DNA from: an uncultured Nitrospiraceae bacterium
Lineage (GTDB): Bacteria > Nitrospirota > Nitrospiria > Nitrospirales > Nitrospiraceae
Length of the DNA stretch: 64,000 bases
Direction of reading: 5' to 3'
Assembly: GCA_963846575.1 (NCBI GenBank)
Contig: CAWJWJ010000002.1
Coordinates: 1,888,001-1,952,000, forward strand
In this document: positions 9,415 to 17,263 of the stretch, in pieces
How the letters are laid out: the number at the start of each line of letters is the position of its first letter
Numbering within the stretch: position 1 is the stretch's first letter
Notes under the pieces: generated by a model
What the model saw: the letters and a program-made list of their open reading frames with translations, nothing else
Told to the model about the DNA's origin: nothing
The model's database searches: none
Made by a program: the position numbers and the translations under genes

Positions 9415-10497
9415 ATGACGACTGCACCCAGGCGCGAGGCGCTGACACTCCGGGAACTCCACGCATTCGTGGGTGGAGAGTTGATCGGGTCACCGGACTC
9501 GACGGTGATCGGTATCGCGAGCCTGGACCAGGCAGGACCCGGCGACCTCGCGTTCCTGACTTCTGAACGGAGCTTAAAAACCCTGCAGAGTGCGTCCGTC
9601 GGCGCTCTGCTCGTGGGAAGACGTCTTCCGGAATTCACATCGCCCCAGATTGTGGTGGAGAATCCCGCCTATGCGTTCGCGCGCGCCGTACAACAGTTTT
9701 TTGTGGCACCGATGCGCAGGCGCGGGATCGCTCCGGAAGTCATCCGTGGCGAGGGTGTCACCATCGGACCCGATGCGTTCCTCTGGCCCGGGGTCACCTT
9801 GGGAGATCGCGTGACGCTGGGAGCGCGGGTGACGCTCTACCCGGGCGTGTTTATCGGTGACGATAGCGTCATCGGCGACGACACCCTCCTCTATCCGAAC
9901 GTGGTGGTGCGCGAAGGGTGCCGTCTCGGACATCGCGTGATCGTGCACAGTGGAACGGTCATCGGCAGCGACGGATTCGGATACGTCCAATATCAGGGAC
10001 GGCACGAGAAAATTCCTCAACTGGGAGGCGTGCTCATCGAGGACGACGTGGAACTGGGCGCCAATGTGACGGTGGACCGGGCCACCTTCGGACATACGGT
10101 CATTAAGCGCGGCACCAAGATCGACAATCTGGTGCAGATCGCGCACAACGTCGTCGTGGGCGAGCACAATATTCTTGTGGCCCAGGTGGGCATTGCGGGA
10201 AGCACGACATTGGGACGGTATGTGATGGTCGGTGGCCAGGCTGGTCTCGCCGATCATTTACAGATCGGCGATCAGGTCATGATCGCGGCAAAGTCAGGCG
10301 TGACCAGAAGTCTCGAGCCCAACCAGGTCGTGTCCGGCGCTCCGGTCATGCCGCATGCGACGTTTCTCAAAGCGCAGGCGGTCATTCCGCAATTGCCGGA
10401 ACTGCGCCAGCGAGTGCGCGAACTGGAGGAGCGGCTGGCAACCCTCGAACAATCGCCTCAGGTTCCGGCCAAGCCCCACAAGCCGCGTCGAAAGTAG
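9415..10497 (+). CDS. lpxD: UDP-3-O-acylglucosamine N-acyltransferase
   Basis: Hexapeptide repeats, [32 protein letters not shown] and a C-terminal helical tail. Start MTTAPRR. Confidence 0.93.
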   Translation: MTTAPRREALTLRELHAFVGGELIGSPDSTVIGIASLDQAGPGDLAFLTSERSLKTLQSASVGALLVGRRLPEFTSPQIVVENPAYAFARAVQQFFVAPMRRRGIAPEVIRGEGVTIGPDAFLWPGVTLGDRVTLGARVTLYPGVFIGDDSVIGDDTLLYPNVVVREGCRLGHRVIVHSGTVIGSDGFGYVQYQGRHEKIPQLGGVLIEDDVELGANVTVDRATFGHTVIKRGTKIDNLVQIAHNVVVGEHNILVAQVGIAGSTTLGRYVMVGGQAGLADHLQIGDQVMIAAKSGVTRSLEPNQVVSGAPVMPHATFLKAQAVIPQLPELRQRVRELEERLATLEQSPQVPAKPHKPRRK

Positions 10498-10515
10498 TGC
10501 CCGCTCGTCTGATCG

Positions 10516-11040
10516 TCAGTTCTTCAGAACCGTCCGCCAAAAAAACAGCTTCGCCCAAAAAAAACCTGCCCACGGCAGGAAATAGGCCGCGACCGGATAC
10601 ACCGCCCCATATACCACGCCGATCGTTGACCCGCTCAGCAGCAGCGCCACGCCAGCTATGTAGGCCACCGGGGCCCAGGGCGATCCGCCGGGCGACTCCT
10701 GTGTTGGCCCTCCGTCACGCTTTGGACGGCCGCTTTTCTTGATGGTCGGCTGACGCATGCGCGAGGCAAAGACCTCCGGACGATGGCCGAGAATCCAGCG
10801 ATGGTAGGTCGTCTGCAGCCAGCCGAGCACGCCTCCCAACAAAAGCAATCCGGAACTTTGCAGAAAGGTTTCCCAGGTGTAGGTATCAGTGGCAATGAGC
10901 TGATAGCCCAGGCCGCCAATCCCGCTGATCATGGAGATCATGCCCAGAATACCAGCTGGGAATAAAATGTACGCTTTAACATAGGCCGTCGCCTTGGCGT
11001 CCTGGCCCTCTTGCTGTTTCACGGTCACGAGTTTTGGCAT
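10516..11040 (-). CDS. Hypothetical 4-TM membrane protein
   Basis: ORF from MPKLVTVKQQ with four hydrophobic segments. Confidence 0.75.
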   Translation of the reverse strand: MPKLVTVKQQEGQDAKATAYVKAYILFPAGILGMISMISGIGGLGYQLIATDTYTWETFLQSSGLLLLGGVLGWLQTTYHRWILGHRPEVFASRMRQPTIKKSGRPKRDGGPTQESPGGSPWAPVAYIAGVALLLSGSTIGVVYGAVYPVAAYFLPWAGFFWAKLFFWRTVLKN

Positions 11041-11153
11041 GGCGCAGATGGTCGTATAATCCCAACCTGAACCGCAAGCGAAAAGGCACGCAGCTTGAAC
11101 AAAATTCACTTCTCCGGCACCCACCAAGCGACCTCACATCGTCGTTCCTGAAA

Positions 11154-11215
11154 CGGTCCACAGCCAAACCTGTCCACATAATCTGGGGACGGGCTGTGCG
11201 CAACCATGTGGATAG
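11154..11215. promoter_or_regulatory. Cluster of DnaA-box-like 9-mers
   Basis: CGGTCCACA (11154), CTGTCCACA (11170), TGTGCGCAA (11195) and TGTGGATAG (11207), compared with consensus TTATCCACA/TGTGGATAA. Confidence 0.45.
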
Positions 11216-11364
11216 ACGACCGATGTAGCGGCTATGCGGGGACGCGCGCAATCTGCTCAAGGATTAGGCGGTCCTAGTAGAAGGCCCCGGACTGTACCAG
11301 TCCGAACACAGCAGGTCGGTGAGAGGAGAGTGTGAGATCGAGGCGAAGCCCTGTGAGGAGACCG

Positions 11365-13452
11365 TTACTTCAAGGGAAGAATGTCGAAAATCGCCGCCCG
11401 TTCCACTCGGCCGATATCGACCCACTGCTGGGCCAATGGAACCAACGCGGCCAATCGTTCCTTAACTGCATGAAGTCGTTCGCTCATGGCAGAGGGCTTC
11501 TGTTGGACCGTGACACGAAGAAATGTCCGCAAGCCGTTCAAGAAGAGAGTGATGTTTGCAGCCGAGACTCGCGCCGCTGCTTCTGAGAGCGTCTCAATGT
11601 CATCAAAGACAGGCTCCAGCGCCTGAGGAGCGAGGACGCGTGCTTCGCCGGCGCGATCGATCTGGCTGAGCTTCGCAAGCACCACCGGAACGTGAGTCTG
11701 CATGTTCACGAGGAACTGTTCATCGAGTGCGTCCAGATCTTTGAGAATGCGACCGATGGTTCTTGCATCCACGACTTGCGCACTGCGTTCCATCTCCCGC
11801 TCGGCCCATTGAATGACCGTCTCAAGGACGTCGCGGACGGGCTGAACCGACCGCCCTCGTGCCACATGCAGTTGCCGTAAGGCATCGAGAATGGGAGTGG
11901 ACGGTAACCAGCCAGGGGGCGTGTCCCGATCGGATAGCTTGTGGGAGGCGGTTACCTCCGGGGTGGCCGACTGCACCGATGGCTCACTATGCGGTTGGTC
12001 CGGGGCGGATGACCCGGGAGCGGCCTCCACATACGCCATCGTCCTGACCGGTTCGAGCGCCTGCACCGCCTCCGTGATGCGCAGCAGTCCCTCCCGGAGG
12101 GAAGCCACGTGATGGGCTGCCACCATCCGTTCATGTTTACCCGCCGCCTGGAGAGTCGGAAGGAGGGTCGTCGCGGTATCCTCCACGGCCGTGAGACCGA
12201 CGGTCGCGGCGGAGCGGGCGAGGTTATTCACACTCTGCCACAAGATCGTCGCCAACCTGGCACGGCGAGGCTGCTCACTCGTCGTATCCAGTCTCTCCAA
12301 CGCCGTCTGAATTTGATTCAGCCATCCACGGGCCTCCAGAGCGAACAGTCCAAGAATCTCCCGCCTGACATGCATTGCTTGTTCTGGACGATCCTGGGTG
12401 TTTGACGCTTGTGCCGCGGCAGAAGGAGCAGGGGAATTCTTCACCGCCGCCTGAATCACGCCGGCAATCGCATCAAGGCTTTCGAGTAAGGCGGCAAACT
12501 GCTCTGATGCGCTGGTGGGGGATGCGACAGCTTCGGCAGCCGGAGGGGACGACGGGAACGACACCCGATCGAGCGCCGGTGGGTCCACAGTGTCCGCCAC
12601 AGAGACGTGAGGCAAGAGGCTCAGATCGAGGTAGCGGGGCACGGCCGTCACAGAGTCGGCCTGCTCCCCCGTGACACGAATGACCGGGCGCGAGGGATAC
12701 GCCGGGGTAATCCGAACCACCACCCCTTCCTCTCCGCTATTCAGACGGACTTTCGTCCCCAACGGAAACACCGACAATTGTTCGACCAAGCCTTTCATGA
12801 TCTCGCGTGGAAACGCCGTGCGTTCGGTATTGAGCAGCTCGCGGATGGCTTCGTGCGGCAGCAGGCGGCGACGGTAGGGACGCGAACTGACAAGCGCGTC
12901 GAAAATATCCACGAGACCGATGATTTGTGCCAACTCGTTGATTTCCCGCCCCTTCAAGTGGTGGGGGTAGCCCTGCCCCTGCCCTCGCTCATGAGCCTGC
13001 AGCACGACTTCAGCCAGCCACGCATAGTCCTGACCGAGACGCTCAATCACGCCGTACCCTAGCCGAGGATGTTGTTCGATCAGGGCTCGCTCCTCAGATG
13101 AGAGGCGTCCGGTCTTTGTGAGCAGCTCCTGCGGTACAGCAAAAATGCCGATGTCATGCACGAGACCCGCGAGTGCCAGCCGTCGCAGTTCAGCGCCATA
13201 ATAACCGAGCCCGATGCCGACTTTTGTTCCCAGAATGCTGACATTGATGAGATTGGTCACGAGCGGCGGGCCGGCAGGGCTGGAAAGCGCTTCAACCACC
13301 AACTGATCGTTGTCTTCAATGGAGTCAACGATCCTTCCAGCAATATGAGTCAGCTCCGTGAGATCAATCCGCTCCTGTCGCTGCACAGCGGCGGCCACTT
13401 GCACCAGCGCCTCCTGGGCCTGTCGATAGCGATTTTGGTCCGACTCTCCCAT
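11365..13452 (-). CDS. HD-GYP cyclic-dinucleotide phosphodiesterase fused to a C-terminal His-less Hpt-like (FimL-like) module
   Basis: LVHDIG, HERGQGQGYP and DIFDALVSSRPYR. The C-terminal segment LFALEARGWL...NNLARSAATVG is Hpt-like but lacks the His. ATG 13452 with an AGGAG RBS. Confidence 0.88.
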   Translation of the reverse strand: MGESDQNRYRQAQEALVQVAAAVQRQERIDLTELTHIAGRIVDSIEDNDQLVVEALSSPAGPPLVTNLINVSILGTKVGIGLGYYGAELRRLALAGLVHDIGIFAVPQELLTKTGRLSSEERALIEQHPRLGYGVIERLGQDYAWLAEVVLQAHERGQGQGYPHHLKGREINELAQIIGLVDIFDALVSSRPYRRRLLPHEAIRELLNTERTAFPREIMKGLVEQLSVFPLGTKVRLNSGEEGVVVRITPAYPSRPVIRVTGEQADSVTAVPRYLDLSLLPHVSVADTVDPPALDRVSFPSSPPAAEAVASPTSASEQFAALLESLDAIAGVIQAAVKNSPAPSAAAQASNTQDRPEQAMHVRREILGLFALEARGWLNQIQTALERLDTTSEQPRRARLATILWQSVNNLARSAATVGLTAVEDTATTLLPTLQAAGKHERMVAAHHVASLREGLLRITEAVQALEPVRTMAYVEAAPGSSAPDQPHSEPSVQSATPEVTASHKLSDRDTPPGWLPSTPILDALRQLHVARGRSVQPVRDVLETVIQWAEREMERSAQVVDARTIGRILKDLDALDEQFLVNMQTHVPVVLAKLSQIDRAGEARVLAPQALEPVFDDIETLSEAAARVSAANITLFLNGLRTFLRVTVQQKPSAMSERLHAVKERLAALVPLAQQWVDIGRVERAAIFDILPLK

Positions 13453-13565
13453 TCTGCTCCTGTTGGTACCAGCGTACATACCTAGTCGCTCAAATGACAA
13501 ACACCGCTGCCCCCTCAACGCGAGGAATCCTTATTCGGTAATGCTCCTCGTCGAAGCGGCCTAGT

Positions 13566-13594
13566 AGTATAAAGAAACCCTGCCTGAGTATCGA
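13566..13594 (-). promoter_or_regulatory. Internal sigma70-type promoter for the HD-GYP gene
   Basis: Minus strand TCGATA-N17-TATACT. Confidence 0.45.
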
Positions 13595-13642
13595 CAGAGT
13601 GGCAGCGAGGCGGAAGGAGACTCCGGGGGATGGTGATCGCGG

Positions 13643-14587
13643 TTAGGCCACGGGCAGGAGTCTGCCCATGGCGTTCCGTTCGCGTTCACCCGCGATGATC
13701 CAATCTTCGATGGTGCCCAGCACCGCGCGGATCCTTGTCTCCACCAAATGCACACGTTGGGATGTAACCACGATGCGGCGCTGCACAATGAGGGAAAGAA
13801 AGCCTCGCAAGCCGGTCAAGAACGTCACCAGCGGAGTGACATGCGCCTGCGTGGCCATACCTTGAAGATGATCGACGTTCCGAATGCACTCGGCCAGCGT
13901 ATCGAGGGGCTCAGGTGCCGTGAGATCTTCGCAGCGGAGCCGACCTAAACTCTCAGCCACATCCGGCAATCGTTGCCGTAACGATTCCAGGCATTGCGCA
14001 TCTGGCACATGCAAATCCTGCAGCATTTGATGAAAACTGGATGCCTGAATCTGCTCGGACCCTTGCCTAGCCTCATGCTCCAGCCGCTGCATGACGTGAG
14101 GAATGAGGCTGCAGGGAAAAAGTCCGCTCACCGCGCAGTCATCTTGCAGACTTCGCAGGGCGTTGAGTAGCGTCAAGAGATCAGCCGCCGGCTCCGCGTG
14201 CGCCGGCATCTTAGGAGGAGCAAGGTTTGTCGCGATGCCCGTTGCCGTCGTCACTAACGTCATCACCGTCTGGAACTGCTCCAGCACGGTAGCGTAATCC
14301 TGTTTGGTGGCCGTGGTCCGGTCCTTAAGAATTTCGATAAACGGCAGGAGCGCAAAGGTGGCACGCTCCACATCGGAAAGATTCACTGTCGCAGCGGAAC
14401 CGCCGAGACTGGTAATGCCCCGCACCACCGCATCCAGGAGTTGTGTATGGCGATCGAGATCGGGCTGGCTCTGGAGTTCAGTCAGCGCCGAATGAATTTC
14501 AAGGATCCACTCGTGAGCTTCCTGGCCGAACAGTTCAACCAGCTCTTTTTGGAACGCGTCGTCGGTTTTCTCTGATTCGGTCGACAC
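13643..14587 (-). CDS. Stand-alone His-less Hpt-like protein, paralogous to the C-terminal half of the HD-GYP protein
   Basis: FQKELVELFGQEAHEW...ITSLGGSAATVNL matches the Hpt helix pattern, with Thr at the phospho-His position. GTG start. Confidence 0.8.
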   Translation of the reverse strand: MSTESEKTDDAFQKELVELFGQEAHEWILEIHSALTELQSQPDLDRHTQLLDAVVRGITSLGGSAATVNLSDVERATFALLPFIEILKDRTTATKQDYATVLEQFQTVMTLVTTATGIATNLAPPKMPAHAEPAADLLTLLNALRSLQDDCAVSGLFPCSLIPHVMQRLEHEARQGSEQIQASSFHQMLQDLHVPDAQCLESLRQRLPDVAESLGRLRCEDLTAPEPLDTLAECIRNVDHLQGMATQAHVTPLVTFLTGLRGFLSLIVQRRIVVTSQRVHLVETRIRAVLGTIEDWIIAGERERNAMGRLLPVA

Positions 14588-14640
14588 GGTGGCGTCCTGT
14601 CTTGGCCCTGTGTTCGCCCGGACCGGCGGGTCCGGGGCTG

Positions 14641-16122
14641 TTAACGTTTACCGTTTCCCAATTGGGACGCAAGTCCCGCGATCTCGCCGAGCTTTCGTGC
14701 CATGTCCTCAAAGCGCCGGGTTGATTGGTCGGCCGCATGCTCAGCTTCCGTCGTGCGTCTCATCAGTTGTGCCGAGCGCGCCCGCTCCTCGGCTAATGCA
14801 AGGTCGAGCTCATGGGCACGTTGCACGACCGTTTCCAACTCCTTAACCTTCGCCATCACCACCACCGCGGTCTCCCGTTCCGTCGCGAGGACACCGTTCA
14901 ATTCCGCAATACGCAACCGTTCCTGCTCGAGCGATTGTTCGAGGTCCGATACCCGAGTAGCAATGCCCTCGCATGAGGCGATCTTTTTTTCATACCCTTC
15001 CGCCTGCTCTCGCTGCTTCGCGAGCGTTGCTTCGAGCTCGCGTGCTCGCTGTTCGACGTGTTCGAGGCTGGTGATTTGCCGAACCAGTTCACCCGCCGCG
15101 CCACGTTCCGCGGCAAGATGCGCTTCTAACTCGAGAACCCGCGACGTATTCCGATCATTGGCCGAGACCTGTTGCAGGAGTTCCTCTATTCTCACGTGAG
15201 CCTCGGCAACTGCGGTCTCCAGCGCCTCAGCACGCCGAGCGTCCTTCGAGACTTCATTGAACTGTTCTGTAAGGGTTGTGCGCTGTGCACGTTCGTCCTC
15301 CAGGGCCTGGTTCAGCATTTCGGTACGTGAGGACAAGCCCGCAATCTGTGCCCGGTGTTCCTCCAGGGCATTCTGCATCTGCTGCAGTTGTTCGTGAGTT
15401 TGTCGACGTTCACAAACAAGCTGCTCCTCCAGTTCTGCGATGCGTGCCTCTCGCTGGGCCAGCGAATCCGCATCGCGATGGTCGTCTTCTACCAGCGTAT
15501 CCGGTCCAACTGGCACCTGATCTTCTACGATTCCGACTGGCTCAAGACCGCTCTCCACAGGGGCCATCGCATCAGAATCGGTAGATCCTCTGAGAACAGC
15601 CCCATTGACTGAAAGACCTGACTGAATGTGTTCAAACTCCTGGATGGGCTGTTCACTCGCAACAACGAGCGCCGCATCGGCAGGCTCTTCCCCCGGAGTC
15701 TTCTCATCATGTGTCGAATCCGTCACCGGTTCCGGCGCCGCCCCATCTTTGTGCTGCCGCTTCATGAGCAAATCCAGAACCCGATCTTTCAGAGAGGTGC
15801 CTTGGAAAGGCTTCTTCAACACCCCGTCGGCTTTACAGGATTCCGCCTGCCGAGAGACTTCCTCGTTAACAATACCGCTGATCAAGAGCACGGGAAGATC
15901 CGCAAGATTCGCCTGCGAGCGTACGAACGCACAGACTTCATATCCGCTTTTGTCCGGCATGATGACGTCAGATACAACTAAGTCCGGACGCTCTTTCCCG
16001 AGAAGCGCCAACGCCTCGGACCCGTTGGCGGCCAGAGTGACGCCCATCCCGGCTTCGGTCAGGAGACGCTCGGCCACCTTTCGAACTGCGATACTGTCAT
16101 CGGCAATCAAAATCTTTGGCAT
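14641..16122 (-). CDS. Response regulator: receiver domain, acidic linker and long coiled coil (RomR/FrzS/AglZ-like architecture)
   Basis: MPKILIADDS...SDVIMPDKSGYEVC...KKPF, then a coiled coil with a 31-aa periodic repeat. Confidence 0.88.
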   Translation of the reverse strand: MPKILIADDSIAVRKVAERLLTEAGMGVTLAANGSEALALLGKERPDLVVSDVIMPDKSGYEVCAFVRSQANLADLPVLLISGIVNEEVSRQAESCKADGVLKKPFQGTSLKDRVLDLLMKRQHKDGAAPEPVTDSTHDEKTPGEEPADAALVVASEQPIQEFEHIQSGLSVNGAVLRGSTDSDAMAPVESGLEPVGIVEDQVPVGPDTLVEDDHRDADSLAQREARIAELEEQLVCERRQTHEQLQQMQNALEEHRAQIAGLSSRTEMLNQALEDERAQRTTLTEQFNEVSKDARRAEALETAVAEAHVRIEELLQQVSANDRNTSRVLELEAHLAAERGAAGELVRQITSLEHVEQRARELEATLAKQREQAEGYEKKIASCEGIATRVSDLEQSLEQERLRIAELNGVLATERETAVVVMAKVKELETVVQRAHELDLALAEERARSAQLMRRTTEAEHAADQSTRRFEDMARKLGEIAGLASQLGNGKR

Positions 16123-16147
16123 GTCATTCCTCTGAACGATGCAGGAC

Positions 16148-16627
16148 TCATCCCTTTGGACGAATCGATGAGACCCCAAGGGTCATCAGGTTGATGATGG
16201 GAAGTTCTTCCTTGTCGGCCACGCATCTTCCGGCAATGTCGGGATCGCTCCCAACCTGATAGTGCATCGATGAGCGTGCCACCATGTGAAGCGATGGAAC
16301 CTGGGAATCGATACAGATGGCGAGAGGGCCGTCGAGGTGTTTGACGATCAAACACAGGGGCGCCTCTTCATTCATGGTCCGGTCGAACTTGGCCGCAAGG
16401 TCAAACACCGGGAGGCAGCGATTCTCCTGACGGACAAGCGCCGCCACGAAGGGAGTATCACTGGGAACGGCAATCGTGCCCGTCCAAGGCAGGACCCCGC
16501 CAATCTCTTCAGTTCGGGCAGCCAGGCGTTGTCCTCCCACGGAAAATACGACTAGCCCTTGCATCCGTGATTCGGTGGCGAGCCTGGAGCCAGCGTGAGC
16601 CTGCCTGCGTAACTGAGCACGCAACAT
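16148..16627 (-). CDS. CheW-like protein (divergent)
   Basis: LVVFSVGGQRLA...VPSDTPFVAALV...LPVFDLA...LPIINL, within the chemosensory operon. Confidence 0.75.
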   Translation of the reverse strand: MLRAQLRRQAHAGSRLATESRMQGLVVFSVGGQRLAARTEEIGGVLPWTGTIAVPSDTPFVAALVRQENRCLPVFDLAAKFDRTMNEEAPLCLIVKHLDGPLAICIDSQVPSLHMVARSSMHYQVGSDPDIAGRCVADKEELPIINLMTLGVSSIRPKG

Positions 16628-16643
16628 GGAACCAACCTCGTTT

Positions 16644-17216
16644 CTACTTCAATCCCACCACTGATGCCGGCGCGGCAAGTTTAAATCCGGCCGAGTGCGG
16701 TTGAGCTCCTGGCGCCAATATCCCCGCCCTTCGGTCGGACTCCTGAGGGGCGAACATGTCGAGAACGTTCTTTTGAAACGGGAGCTCGAGTAACCAGAGA
16801 GGATTCATGATCAATGCCACGTATGCCGCATCGACAATCAGGCCAAGCAACCGCTCGCGCTCTCCGCCACGAAATTGTGGCGGCAGCGGCTGAACCTGCG
16901 ACCGATCGAGGTCCACGAGACCCGTCACTTGATCGACCATGAACGATCGTACACACTGCTCATTCCCGTACAAGATGATTCTAGTCTCAGATGAAGCAGG
17001 CCGCGATCCGATAGCCAGCCGGGCTGCGAGATCCGTCCGTTCATAAGATGAATCGGCCCACGTGACCGACTTCTCCTGTCCCGCCTCGGCAGGCGTGATG
17101 ATGCCGCGAACCCAGTGCGCCGGCAACGCGACAGCGGTCGGTCCGACGGTCACCACCAAAAACCGGAGAGTGTGACCACTCGCCTGGGCGGCGGCTCTAT
17201 GTCCTCGGAGGCCCAT
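16644..17216 (-). CDS. CheW-like protein (divergent)
   Basis: FLVVTVGPTAVALP...VDQVTGLVDL...VQPLPPQF, within the chemosensory operon. Confidence 0.7.
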   Translation of the reverse strand: MGLRGHRAAAQASGHTLRFLVVTVGPTAVALPAHWVRGIITPAEAGQEKSVTWADSSYERTDLAARLAIGSRPASSETRIILYGNEQCVRSFMVDQVTGLVDLDRSQVQPLPPQFRGGERERLLGLIVDAAYVALIMNPLWLLELPFQKNVLDMFAPQESDRRAGILAPGAQPHSAGFKLAAPASVVGLK

Positions 17217-17263
17217 GGTTCCCCTTCATGTTCGCGACGAGGGTACGCAACAACGTACCGTAC

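Noticed and set aside
11040..11365. Replication origin
   Set aside because: The boxes are degenerate, and there is no AT-rich unwinding region or origin-linked gene; kept only as a DnaA-box-like cluster.
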